Source: Eledone cirrhosa (Eukaryota). From it: 64,000 nt of DNA. A model generated the notes under the pieces. That model did no database searches, was not told the origin of the DNA, and was given only the letters and a program-made list of their open reading frames with translations. Shown here piece after piece: positions 41,486 to 55,849 of this stretch. The stretch covers positions 299,522,001 to 299,586,000 of the forward strand of contig OZ024741.1 in the NCBI GenBank assembly GCA_964016885.1, in the 5' to 3' direction. The first letter of the stretch is position 1, and each line of letters opens with the position of its first letter. A program made the translations under genes and the position numbers.

Positions 41486-41744
41486 GTTTCTCTGTGTGTG
41501 AGTGTGTGTATATATATTCTGTAGTAAAGGTTTGCTAGAAGCACGCAGTCCATAGGACTAGTTAAGTATAATTAGATACAATATTGACATAGACACGTGC
41601 TTTGGTTCCGTTAGCTTATGCACCCTAACTTATTCAACCCGTTATATATATAAATATGGCCTCTGATGGTTGAATGTAATTTCTTTCGAGAGGATTATCC
41701 GAGAGCTCTTAAAGGCAGGTGATTTAGAAAATAGCCACAAATAA
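39893..41744 (+). repeat. 158-bp direct repeats (39893-40050 and 41587-41744)
   Basis: ACATAGACACGT.CTTTGGTTCCGTTAGC...GAAAATAGCCACAAATAA occurs twice, each time followed by SINE sequence. Confidence 0.85.
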
Positions 41745-41762
41745 CTATAAATAACCAATATT

Positions 41763-42260
41763 CGAGTTTAACTTTACCTTTCATCCTTACGGGGTCGATA
41801 AAATAAGTACCAGTAACGTACTGGGTTTGTTGCTGGCCTTGTGCCAAAAGTAGAAACAATTATTAGAAGGGCGGATATTGGTAGTATCGGTAGAGGGTCG
41901 GACGGCATGCTTTGCAGCAAAGAGTTACGGCCCTATATGTTATGAGTTCAAATCCCGCCAGGGTTAACTTTGCCTTTCATCCTTACTGGGTCGATAAAAT
42001 AAAGTACCAGTAATGCACTGGTATAATTGCTGGCCTTGTGCCAAAAGTAGAAATAATTATTAGAAGGGTGGTGGATTGGCAGTGTCGGTAGAGGGTCGGA
42101 CGCTATGCTTTGTCGCATAGAGTTACGGCCCTTGCCATTCTGAGTTCAAATCCCGCCGAGGTTAACTTTGCCTTTCATCCTTACGGCGTCGATAAAGTAA
42201 TGTACCAGTACTGTACTGAGTAATTGCTGGTCTTGTGCCAAAAGTAGAAGCAATTATTAG
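41763..42260 (+). mobile_element. Head-to-tail SINE trimer
   Basis: Truncated copy at ~41763-41865 and full copies at ~41868-42062 and ~42066-42260. Both junctions read ATTATTAGAAGGG. Confidence 0.9.
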
Positions 42261-44267
42261 ATAGGTTGCAGAGCGGTTACTATTCTAAAACTAGTATCAA
42301 TTGTAGGAACGACAAAGAATCCAAATTCTTTGATATGTAAATTAGTGACTAATTCAAAGTAATCACATTCAAGAATCAAAGGCCATCTTTACTTTTATAA
42401 CAGGCTGAATTTGTTGGTGTGCATAAACCAACGAAACCTAAGTATATGTCACTGTTATATCTAATTAAATATGTGTGTGCGTGTGTTGTTTCAAGTCCAA
42501 TTATCGCGAACTATCGTATCGTAAGCCTCCTTCGGTCACGAATGACCATGGTTTTGAACATAGAATGTTCCCTTCCGAGGGAAAAACCTGGGTCTGGGCA
42601 GAATTTTTCGAAGTTCAACATCGCTAAATTAACTCACACATTTTCAATGCATCATACATGAGAATGCATTTTGCAAAAAATAATTCTTAGATTTCTTAGA
42701 ATTAACTGCCTCCTGATGTACTGATAAAAACCGTAACCGCATTGGCTCTAATATCATTAGAATATTTCTTCAAACCTATATCTTTCTAGTTTGATAAATA
42801 GCTAGATCAAAAACCTGTGTGCAGGTTTTGAGTACCTTAGTAAAGATATCTAATGTAATTAAGATGTATTGTTTCTTTGCAGGAATTCAATGTGCATTAT
42901 AATCAATTTTGTAATTATTCTTGAAATGATAACCTTTAATGCAATTAATATTATTTAGTGTAATTAAGATATATATTTTAAAGATTAAAGCTGAGAAATT
43001 GATGACCTAAAAGTGTTATTATTCCGTATTTCTGGACAGACGTCAACAGGTAATATGAGTTATTAGGGCGTCGGATAAAGATGCCACGTTATTTGTTCTA
43101 GCTCACCGCGCTCAGTGTCAAATTTGCCTTTCATTATTTGGCGGTCGATATATAAAGTACTAGTCCATTATTGAGGGGGATTCTTTTATTATTTCACTCG
43201 CTGACAGAAATTGACTTGGGGAGGGATGGAATCCTTTAGGTGTAAAATTCACAGGACACGCTGTGTATGATAACGGTGCGCTAATATACGATAGAAAGAT
43301 ACCATGTAAAAAGGCTTTTACTGCTGTGCCATAGATATATCAACTTAGAAAATTACGAGTAAAAGTTTTTTCATAACGATAATAAATCAGGAATTAGTTT
43401 CTCAGTCGCAAACATCAATCAATAAATATTGGTGTAAGCAGAATTAATGACTCACGTACCTGTGTATATCGGAGTAATGGTATGATAATAAAGCAGAAGG
43501 CAACCATTTATTTATTATGTAATAATATTTGTCCGGGTTTCCATGGTATATGTTACGTCATTTAAAACCTTCAGGTATGATTTCATCAGTCAACTTTCAT
43601 CTATACAGATTTTAGTGATGCAATTTGGGGAATATAGGGACAGGAAGGCTTTGGGTGTTTGTTATTATATATAAATAACAACATAGTTAATTTACAATTT
43701 CGCTACATGTCCTTCTATTCTGTCGATTTGGGCTCTGGTTATTGAGCATATTGTTTATATCGTTGGGCCTCTAAATATTGTGTCAGGTTTGCTTTAGGTT
43801 ATATATTTGGAGAATATTTCTGGTGGTGAAATTGATTACCTGTGGCGTAATAGGCGATACAGCGTAATATATTAACTATATATTACTCTGGCTGCAGTTT
43901 GATGACGCTCTACACCACTAAAACATTACTTGCTGTAGGTTGACTGTTGTTTTTCTGAGAGAGTTGAAGTGTTGTTTAAAAGCCGTCTCCGATTTTCACT
44001 TTGGCTTCTGCTGTTTAGGAGAGTTCAATAGGGTTGTTTCTAGGTTTATGGATTGTTTGTGAACGTGGATAACATTGTAGGGGTGTAGATTTGTTTTCGT
44101 TCAAGTGATTCATATATATTACTGCTTGGTGCAGTTAGAAGGCGTCTCATGTGAATGTCCCCAGTGGCATAAGTTATTATTGCATTTGCTTGACTTAATG
44201 TGCAGTATTGGATTTATATAGATCTGTTTAAGCTCATGTTAATGCAATTGATTGTATTAGTCACACA

Positions 44268-44370
<103 letters not shown>

Positions 44371-46206
44371 ACACATACACACACACGCACATACACATAC
44401 CCCCACACCCTAACACACACATACACACACACACACACACACATACACACACATTCACAGACCCTAACGCACACATACACACACACCTACACAACCACAG
44501 GTACGCACACATTTACAAGCATATAACTATATATTTTCATATATATATATATATTTTCAGAAAATATGTTCAAAATTTACTTGGAATCTTTAAAATATTT
44601 ATTTACAATAACTTTAGCGGTTTCGTAATTTCATAGTTTTTAAATGCTAAGTGAGATGGGTACGAAGTAGAATTATTGTCTTGCCTGACAGGAGTTCAAA
44701 CATTCACTTATCTTATGGCGAAAACAATGCGCAAATTTCTCTCTGTTTAAGATACAGTTTCACTGATTGAGGACGATTGCGGTATTAGACATAGAACTTT
44801 ATTAGATCTGCACTATGTTCGTGCATTAATGTCTTGTGACAAAAGAATAGGTCTGCCAAACTTTAAGATTGAAATGGTTAGGCGAGTGTATCTAGTGACG
44901 GTCCAAAACAAATCAAGGTCCTCTAAATTCAATCTGACAAGTAGTTGTACACTGAGTGGGAATTGTGTGTATGTAGCCATGGAATTTTATTACTTCTCCA
45001 ATATGTCCGTTCCTTAATGTTGTGTAGCAAAAATGTAATAATAATAATTGCAATTGCGTGAAAAGATAAAGCTTTTATGATTCACTGAATGTACCCAGTG
45101 ACAGTTCAAAATATCAAGGCTCTGTAAATTCTATACGCCAAGTGGCAGAATGAACAGCATTTGTATATATGTAGGCATAATATTTTCTTCTCCATTACGC
45201 CGGTGCATTAGTGTCATGTAAGTAAGAATAATTATTGTACCAAAACCTAAGGCTCTCAGAATGTGTGTTTGAGAGTACTCGTTAGTGGTTGTACATTGAT
45301 AAAGTTGATTCAGTGCTGGTTTGTAATTTTATATAAATATAGTGTTTATATTTATTCATGTTTTATCTGCAATATTGTCTGAATATAGGTAAAATCTGGA
45401 ATTTGGGGGACGTAACTGTTGCACATAAATCTATATGCCCACTAATGGCCATTTCATCGTCAACAATGCAACACAGCTTCCATTGTTTGGGCATCCAGAC
45501 GTATGTGTGACAAATAATTTCTCAAAATTCCACGTTTTTGAACATTCAGCCATTTGATATGGTGAATATACACAGCCGTCTGCTATAAAGTTAAAATTTA
45601 CAAACGTTTTTCCCAATCGAACAAACAAGTAACCAAAAGTCAAAGTTGTATTCACCAAAGCCATAAGGGTAATTTCAGAATACTTAGGCAACACAATAAT
45701 TCAACTGAACGAATCCACGTTCACCCTTCATCAACAAGGAATTACAATCCGGACATAACAATGCACAACATTGACATGGAAGTGCACAAAGTAACAAAGA
45801 AAATGACAGCAATGCATGAACAAATTTGAAAGAATCCTTCATTTAGACCCAGTCGAAAGAATTCACGTCACCCGTTAGTAAAAAGAACGAGGATAAGAAA
45901 GAACCCAAGGGTAATTAATATATTCTAAAGAAATATTTCAATACAACAAAATAATATTCTCTCAAAAGGGTTGATATCTATTCCAACACAGCAGTACACA
46001 AATGTATGCCTAACAGACGAATTAACTGACAGTTACGGCGTAGCCCCACGTCTTTCCATCTCTCATACATTTTGAAAACACTAAAAAACCTGAAATTGCG
46101 AACGAGTAAACCTCTTGTAAATGAATCTTCTTAAAGCCTCTAAGTGAACTTTCAACTGATTTTTCTTATATTTCTTCCCAAGTTGAATTAAAAAGCTAGA
46201 AATGTT

Positions 46207-46296
<90 letters not shown>

Positions 46297-46573
46297 ATAA
46301 TAATATTATTTATAGTTATATATACATTATATATAACTATAAACAGGAAAGGTCAGTCATTTCTTACTACCCTATTACCAGTAAGAAAAATAGTTCAATG
46401 TAAATACATCAGATGTATTACAGAGCAGGAATATAAATTACACAATAATCTAAACTATGTTCAAATCATTTTATTGCTGACAATGTGTATAGAAATTTCG
46501 TATCTCCAAAGAAATACGGTTTTAGGAAGCCGTAGCAATGCAAACACCGGTCTGCTAACGCTCTCTGGTGATG

Positions 46574-46665
46574 TCCAGCAGAAGCAAGGGGGACAACCGC
46601 CTATGCATTTAAGGCTTAACTGGCCTTCGTCAGGAAGATCCATCCCACCGCTTGCGACTGCTGGA
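46574..46665 (-). ncRNA. Hammerhead-like motif with G12>U core change and extended stem I
   Basis: Minus strand: CTGACGA-AGGC cagttaa GCCT-tAAA-TGCA-TA. Palindromic ATGCAT. Outer stems TCCAGCAG/CTGCTGGA and GCAAG/CTTGC. Confidence 0.55.
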
Positions 46666-46893
46666 TTAGAAGACAGCTGAGAATATACAGTATATAGCTT
46701 TCTCGTCTGTGTAAATGAGGTGATTGATCTCCTTTGTATACGAAGCTGCATAAGTTGGCTTATAATAGAAAAGAATTAAGATTTCTCTTCAAGCATAGCT
46801 TTAAACAATATGTATAGACTTTTCGTATTTCTTTGGAGATACGAAATTTCTATACATATTGTATAAAGCTATGCTTGAAGCGAAATATTATTT

Positions 46894-46986
<93 letters not shown>

Positions 46987-47083
46987 ATATATATATATAT
47001 ATATGCGTGTGTGTGTGTATGTGTGTGTGTGTATATATATATATGTATATAACATAATATATATATATATATATATATAAATA

Positions 47084-47134
<51 letters not shown>

Positions 47135-47745
47135 TTATGTGAAATGCCTAGTTTTCTGTTAGTTTCAATATAAATTTCAGGACTTTCAAGATATAGTTAA
47201 ATAGTGAAATTATTGAACCAGGGCCTGGAGGAAGTGTATCATGAGAACTTTGAAAGTTACTAGAAATAACATACTTATATTCAATATAGCATAGTATGTG
47301 CCTTTGAGAATGGCAAACAAAAAGTATTGGTTCCTTCCTATTCAGGGATTTTTTAATATCATGCTAGTTTATTACCTATATTGGAAGAAATTTCAATGAA
47401 AGTTATTATCGGATGAACGTAAATTTTCTACAACCATGAAAAGCAATATTGAAGGTAAAACTTGTGAAAATTTGGATGTAACTTTTTATAATTGAATATA
47501 TCAAAGTCCAAAGTTTCCCCTCAAAAAGCAGATATTTAGATTGGTCTTATTTGGTAAATGTTAGATAATTGCCAATCGTGAATAGCTAGAATATTGCAAA
47601 AGTGAAACAATGAAAACCAATTAGGTAACTCTGGCGATTCGATCAAATTCACGCAATATATCCTATAGCCTAATATATCCCATCCATATATTGTACCGAT
47701 TGTGTTGTTATTTCTGTTTAACTTTTACACACACACATACACACT

Positions 47746-47803
<58 letters not shown>

Positions 47804-50209
47804 GGTGTGTGGGTGAAAGGTAAACTGAAATAACACATATATATATATATATATATACCTTTCCATATACTGTACCGATTGTGTTGATATTTCTGTTTAA
47901 CTTTTACACATATATATGTATATGGAAGGGATATATATATATACTGCCTAGACGTGTTTATAACTCTACCCACATTAATTGTATAGGCATGCAAATATGC
48001 CAAATATACGTATTGTAAGCACCTCCAACAGTTTTCTGACATATTTGGGTCCTTATTAGAAGGCATGTATATAATCAAAACAACCACAAAGAAATTCGTA
48101 ACCAAGGGTGTTATATATTCGCCATTTGCGTTTCTAATTGAAGTTGGAAAATATACTCGAATAAAAATGATTCATCATTGGGACTATAATCTCCATCATT
48201 TTCAGTAATAGTAATACTAAAATGTCCTTTTCCAAGGACCGTTTTAATATATCTTTAATTTCAATGTGTTTTATTCAATTTTATTCCATTGTATTTTTAC
48301 GAATATTCTTGTCATTATGATAACTATCAAATATGTTCTTTGTGAATTAAGTTTAACTAATCAGTTTCATTCATAACGTTATAGACATCATCCGTGAAGC
48401 TTATGAATTTATACATTTTTCTATGCTATTCATTAACTCAAATGCCACTTTATATCTAATCAAATTTGACTTCTCATGTTTAACAAACCTTTCCTTATCT
48501 TTCAGGCTTGATTGTTGAGTCAGATTTTATTAAGACCATTTGTAAACTTTACAAAAAACTTATTTTAGGTTTTGCAAAATATATTATGCAATGACATATC
48601 TGTCACATTAGCTATATTCCATATTATATATACATAGAAATAATAGTATAACAACAGAAACTAAGAAGAAAATACGGGAAGAAAAGCGTAAAATAATCTC
48701 AAAACATCTAAAATAATACGTACAAGTGAAGCTATTAAATATGATCTGAAAGTTAATCATGTGCAGCAAGATGACACTTCAATTCTCAATTTTTCCTCTC
48801 TATCATCTATTGAAAAACAAACGAGTTTGTTATCCAGTTTCCAATTTTTATAGTGTTCATTCATCTCGTTTAACAGCTAACCTATTGCATACAAGGTCAT
48901 CCGAAACTCACTGCGTGACACAAATAAAGCAACAGGAAACGCTTTAATTTTCTTTAGTCTAAAATAACAGCAGTGTTCTTAATTTTATGCTTATTGATTT
49001 TACACATCTCTTCACCCGAAACGAATTACTAAATAATCATGATGTGCAGAATGTTAAGTAAATCTATGTAATTAAATAGCGGTAGATTTTTGTTATGGTT
49101 TATTAACATAATATTTCTTCATTCTTTCAGTAATTAATACCAGAGCACTTTGTAATTTTTAATTATTTACTAGGAAATATTTACTTGACAAAATATACGC
49201 ATGAAAATGCTTAGCAAAATAAGTAGTCGAATCAGGCCTGAATGTAATTATACTCCATAAATAATCATTTATCTACTATATTTGAAATATTGGCTATTGG
49301 CATAAACATTCGAGGTTTCCCGATGTAGGAAAAATATATATGAGACTATGTTTATGGACTGAGCAAATAACATACTCAGATAAACTATGATATACATCCT
49401 GTCACATTGTGAATATTTGGCACCACCAGTCCCGAAAAAGTAAATATTCATCCGAAACGAAATCTAGCCTGTTCCTGTCTACTATATTTACATAGGAAAT
49501 ATGACGATTAATAATCAATATTTACAAAAAAATTTATTTCCGAAGATCATTCCCATATGTTGTAAAATAACTCTGATAAATAAGATTTTTGATTACATTA
49601 TTCAAGGTTTATTCTGTTCACTGTTTATATTTTATTTATTTCGCTGTATCTTTCAGATATTTTACATTATTTTACTCTTTTGATGTATAATCGCATATCT
49701 TGTATAATACCTTCTTCATATATTAATTCTGTTTATTCCTACCCAGTTATTTCTCTTATGTACTTCATGCATTATAATATATTTCTATTAGATAAACATA
49801 ACTTACACCTACCGACATCATTAATACAATATCAACAATTTGACAAAGTTACACTCATTTCAGGTTAAGAAACATATCATTTCTTGACATAATGCATTAA
49901 GGTATGACATTAACGATTATCGCAAAGAATGCTAGGGTTTTAACTTCACAAACCAGACATAACGTCAAACCTATAAAAAAATGTAATTATCTTAATGTGT
50001 CCTGAAGTACGGATTCTAGACGTACCAAATCAAATGCACCATTACATAACAATGACTAGAAATGTTCGTATTAATTGCCGTTGTGGGTTTTGTAAAAAAC
50101 AGAGAAAAATTGGTCTATCTGGTAGTTTATATTTCAAGTATAGAGACACCGCACAATTCCTATCTCACGCCATCTAGAAGTATCTTCCCTTTTATTTTCT
50201 CTAACCCCA

Positions 50210-50349
<140 letters not shown>

Positions 50350-51929
50350 TTTCTCAATTTACAGACGAGAACATATGATAGAAATTTCTGCTCTTTAAAA
50401 TATAGGGGAAAATAATGAATTTCTTCAGCTGCAGCATTTAAAATTTCATACAACCTTTAGAAATCAGCTTTGCTAAATCTTCACATCATTCTCTCCTATA
50501 TGTCGACGCACACACACATACAGACACACATGCACACACACATACACACACACACATAAGGCACAAGCATATGTATATATAAAGTACAGAACAATCAAAT
50601 CTGCGTTTAATACATTTTATTGCTGACAATCATTTCTTCCAAACAGCCGTTTGGATTCATCGGAGCATTGGCAAAGTTTAAACACATAATTAAATTCCTA
50701 TTCAACAGAACAATCATAAAGATACGTTGATATTATTGTTGCTATCAACAGTGTCATATTCAAAGAGAGTGAAGATGTTGTGGTCTGAAGTAATGGGTAT
50801 AATAAAGCGTATAAAAGAAGTTTACTCGCAAATGAGGACAGTAGTGGTACATAGGCATATAGACAGTAAGAATGCAGAGGTATTAGGCATATACAAAATA
50901 ATATGGTAAAGGAAGCAAAGGTATTAAAAATATACATCATAATATGGCAAATATATCACAAAATATAGGTGTAATAGGATGAAGATATTAAGCAGTCAGG
51001 AATGGATGGGTAGAATATAAGGTGAAAATTGTGAAGCAACTAGTGTTCGTTGATGCATGCGTTGAGGGTGTATCAGATAAATAGTTAAATAAACAGTTCA
51101 AGCAGAAGTGTAGTACGAAAAAATGTTATGTAGTATTAAGATATGTAGCGAGATAATTATATTTAAAACAGTTTCTATGTGAGTTTATGGTGGATGTAAA
51201 GTGATAATTATTCTGGTAATGTTTAAATGTAGGTGTGTTGTGAGTATTAATATGGAGGTTTCTTTTGCCATATCATTGGTTATATTTAAGAAATATTTTA
51301 AAATAATATTTAAATAGATACAATTATGGATTGTATATTGCCCTTATTATAATCCAATAAGGGTTAGAGTTGTTCTGAAGAGATCTCAGATGTTAATATT
51401 TCGATCTGGTGTGGTTATGTCTAACGGTTTAAATTCAAAGAAGTGATTGGAGATCTTCACTAAAGTGTGCTAATTGGAAAGCGGAGGTAATTGAATATTT
51501 ATTTATGTATAACAGGAAAATATATAATCTAGTGTTAGTTGTTTATATATCCTATTAATTAAATTCCATGTGTTAATATACATTATATTATATTATAAGT
51601 GAATCCTCATATAATGCCATTTATTTTTATATTTATTTTATATATAATCTGTTTTTTATATAATATTTAAAGTTCCCAATTGTCCACAACTTACTTATGT
51701 ATTAATTAAATGAGTAAAATATTAGTAAGGAAGAAGTGGCCGTAAATGTATGATTATTCTCTATAGTTAATATTGAGTATAGGATCTGAGATAAATAGGA
51801 GATAAATGAAGGGATGAGTTGATACAACAATGTGATGATATGGGGATATCTTATGCTGATAAAACCTAGAGGTGAAGAGTTAACAGTGGTGAGGAATCTA
51901 GATCTGACATTGTTATATATTAGCAGCTA

Positions 51930-52330
51930 GGTTTGAAATTGTGGAAAGAATATCGGTGGTTATGTTGACACGTGGAAAGAATTGATGATTTTCTATTTAA
52001 AAGGTCTAGCTTAGAATAGATTATAGTGCGAGATTCTAAGAGACAGAGGTTACAGAATCTATTCGGTGGTTTATAAGAAGGGGCCCCTATCTATTACTTC
52101 CCATTGTATTGGATATGGTCTATTCCTAGTTTTCAAAGAGTTTATGTAGGAAGATAAAGAAGTGGAGTTAGCTAGATTGTGATTTTTTAAAGTGTGAAGT
52201 AGCGAGTTATATCTCGTCTTAAAGCAGCTCGATGTAGAACCAATATATATTTTCGAAGTATTACTTGTATTGACCGTACAGGAGTAAATAATGTATTTGG
52301 TAAAGCAGTTTTTTCTCAGGGGCAAGTTCG
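51930..52330 (-). pseudogene. Penelope-like GIY-YIG endonuclease fragment
   Basis: PLRKNCFTKYIIYSCTV..SKIYIGST..FKTRYN..STSLSSYI..LK..IQWEVI, followed by CNLC in another frame. Confidence 0.8.
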
Positions 52331-52630
52331 ATTTGTTCTAAAATTATAGTTATTTTAGTTGTTTACTTGCTGGTTAATAGATGCATGGTTGTTAGGAAGA
52401 GTATTAGGATAATGACGATTATTATTCCTATTGCTATTAATTTCATTAGTGCTATTACTATTATTATCATTGTTACTATAATTCTCCGGTACTATGTTGT
52501 TATGCAAGTTATTCCGATGTTGAGATTTAATCATTTGGAAATAATTATTAATCTTCCTTTTATTAGTACTAGCTATATGGTTCGCAATGTTAGGTGTGCA
52601 ACTCCCGTGAATTCATTGAGCAAGTGGGAA

Positions 52631-53063
52631 AGTTGAACGTACTAGCACAAGCTCTGTTTGTCTTGCTTGGTATACATATATATATATATATATATATAAA
52701 GATTCAAACGGGTCTTCAGGGGAATAATTCAGTGGAACGAACGGAGATATGAAATATAAAATATACAGATATATATCTATATATATAAGTCTGATATTTG
52801 ATTTCGGATTCAAAGAAACCCTTTATACGATTGTTCGTTTGATTTGTCCAGGTGTACTTTTCTCAACCTGATTAGTTCTATCGTTACTTTGGTATGTATT
52901 GTGTGTTAGTTTCGCCTACCACAATGTTCGATTTGTCAAGCTATTTAAACGTATGTTATTACTCTGAGGTCCTATCTTATCGAGTGCTTTGCTAACTCAT
53001 CATTTCATATAAGTAGGCCGAATTTACTTACAAACCGCCAGAGATTCGATTTTACTGATTTCC

Positions 53064-53102
<39 letters not shown>

Positions 53103-53245
53103 ATATTTCATATCTCCGTTCGTTCCACTGAATTATTCCCCTGAAGACCCATTTGAATCTATATGTATATATATATATTTATATATATATATATATAAGT
53201 ATACCAAACAAGACAAACAGAGCTTGTGCTAGTACGTTCAACTTT
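52631..53245. repeat. Fold-back element; arms (52631-52770 / 53095-53245) each contain a (TA)n tract
   Basis: AAGTTGAACGTACTAGCACAAGCTCTG and AGATTCAAA.GGGTCTTCAGGGGAATAATTCAGTGG both recur as reverse complements. Confidence 0.85.
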
Positions 53246-53574
53246 ATGTTCATTACCATAATTATAATTGGAAGAAGGAAGTATATGGAAGCTCAAAATT
53301 CACATAAAGATACTTTCCTTTAATTATATGAATGGATCATCATTAGAACATTTTTTTACTCATCCTTCCCATGAAGTTTATTTCAATTACATATTTCAAT
53401 CGTCAATTGGGTGATCTTGGTGTGTATCTTCATCAACTTCTTTAGTGTGTTTTGAAGCAGTCACTGATATTGCGTCGCTAAAACCTATGTTCTCCCCTCT
53501 CTTTCTCCTCTGTGTGTTGTTACCGCAGCCGTCTGCCTTTTTCTACATGCTGTACATATGATATTTTCTCATAG

Positions 53575-53680
53575 TTGCGGGGTCGATAAAATAAAGTACC
53601 GGTAATGTACTGGGAGTCGATTTAGTCGACTTTGCCCTGCCCCAAAATTGTTGGCCTTGTGCCTAAATCAAAAACCAATA
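53575..53680 (+). mobile_element. SINE 3' fragment (longer-tail subfamily)
   Basis: CGGGGTCGATAAAATAAAGTACCGG...GTCGATTTAGTCGACTTTGCCC...GGCCTTGTGCCTAAA. Confidence 0.75.
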
Positions 53681-54828
53681 TAGTGTAAAGGACAATAAGA
53701 CGTCATTGATTTTTGATACGATGATACATCTCTGTATTTCATAAACGCTCTTTTGTCGCAGCTGAATTGAAATTAGATATAATTGGAGAAAGTGCAAGAG
53801 ATATTTGGGTAAATCATGAAAATGTTGGGGGTATCAGAAATCGATTATTTTTAACGGAAATGAAAATGTAGTACATACTTTATTGTTTCTTATTAAAGCG
53901 ATATTTCTTATTTAAAGTGCATACATGTATTTCCAATGCATTTGAAGAGAAATCTTCATCCTCAATAAATTGAAACATAAAACAAATAATTTAAAATTTT
54001 GAAGATGTAAAGATACTCTTTGCATTATTTCAAATGCAAAGGAAATATGAGTAAATACTGGGAACACAGATGCTGTTTAAAATCTGAAACTCCAGTGAAA
54101 GTGTGATATATAGCCCCCAAAATGTGAATGTTAATTTTGAGGGAGGTTGGAGAACTGCTAAATTGTCCTTGAAAGAATATATATCGCTTTACGTATTTAT
54201 AAAAATATATATATTGTATAATACCCAATATCAGGAATTATGTATATTTGAAAACATTTGTTCATAATGGTAAAACTCTCCTGACTGTTGTAAACATCTT
54301 CATATAGTTTTATATATTAAAAATTGAGTTTTAGTAAGTAGTAAAGAATTGATCTAATTGTGAAAAAGAGAAATGAACAAATATTACTATTATTTTCTTT
54401 TACTTTTCACCATATAAACCTTAGCAGAGAAAGCCGGCGTGATTGGTAGACAATCGATAACAAGGTATGTGATCTTCATAGTATGTTGAAAAGAAAAATA
54501 CTGAAGGCATATTACCGAAAAAAAATATTAATAATGATCGACGTGTCATACCGAAGTAAACAAGAATTAATGAATAAATTGTATAAGAAACAGAAAAATA
54601 ATTCCGTAAGGAGATAGTATCATAGAGGAACAGTCTAAAAGAATTTGCATCAGCATCATTTACTGACGAATAAATGACAGAAAATGTGAGGTTACGTGTG
54701 CGCATAATCATTTGTCTGGAATCGTATAAAATTTTGAATATTTTTTGTATATCATTGCGCATGCATTACTGGACCCCGAGATATAGGAACATATACTTGA
54801 GTTAATACACACACACACACACACACAT

Positions 54829-54932
<104 letters not shown>

Positions 54933-55849
54933 AGAAGCAAAAAATTGCTTATTGTGATCCAGTTCTTGGTTAAGAAAGGCAGTTTCATGGATGGTTTCAA
55001 CGTACGGTTAGGGGTAACTCCACAAGTTTGTAAGAATTCCGTTCAATCTTGGAGTATAAAGTATAAAAGAGAAAACACAGGTAAGCATTAAAGAGAAGGA
55101 TTTTAGCCAGGTATTTACGACCGTTTCATTGGTAAGTGCAACCTTATATTGCTATACTGCAAATAGCAGCCACTCAATTATAATTGTTTTTCACGGTCCA
55201 AATTTTCAAAATAGTGAGTAAGTTACTTTTGAAATAATTCTTAATATATAGAGAAAAACATTTATTTGGAATTGTATTTACTAGTAAAGAGAGAGAGGAA
55301 TCAGAAGGTGATGGGGGCAAACGGAATAGTATAGAGAGAGAGGAAGGGGGAAGAGGTAGTAAGTAGAGTGACAAACTGAGATGGAGGAAGGGGTAGAGGT
55401 GGAAGGATTCCTTGGTCAGTTTTGATAGCAGACTTCATGTCGTGGAATGTAGTGAGTTAAAGAGAATTAAATTGATCATAGTGGGGTGGGGGGATGGATA
55501 GAGAGGGAGAGAGAGATAGGGCGGAGATATAAAGAGATAAATATATATATATATAAAAAATAAAGATAAAGATAATAATGACAAAAATAAAAGCAAAGAA
55601 GGGGGTGAGAAAGAAGAAAAGAAAAGATAGCCAAAAGGGGAGGGAAGGAAGGAAGAAAACGAAGAAATAGAAGAGGAATGAGGGAGAAGGGAGGGATATA
55701 TGTATTGGTTTTGTGGGTAATTAAAAGGGTTTAGGTACAACAAGAGGGTATAAAGTCTAAGTATATGCAGTTTGTCAGTTGGTAAAAAGAGGTTAAGGGT
55801 TCGATTTGTAGTGCAAAATCTTCTCTTTGAGTCTATGGTTACACTAAAT

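Noticed and set aside
41868-42160. tRNA genes suggested by A/B boxes
   Set aside because: Boxes are too far apart, no cloverleaf is evident, and they are always fused to the SINE core and tail.
43480-44200. Possible additional decayed Penelope fragment
   Set aside because: Composition is suggestive, but I could not read a diagnostic motif.
45431-45694. 87-aa non-repetitive ORF
   Set aside because: Non-ATG start, no recognisable domain and no convincing splice context.
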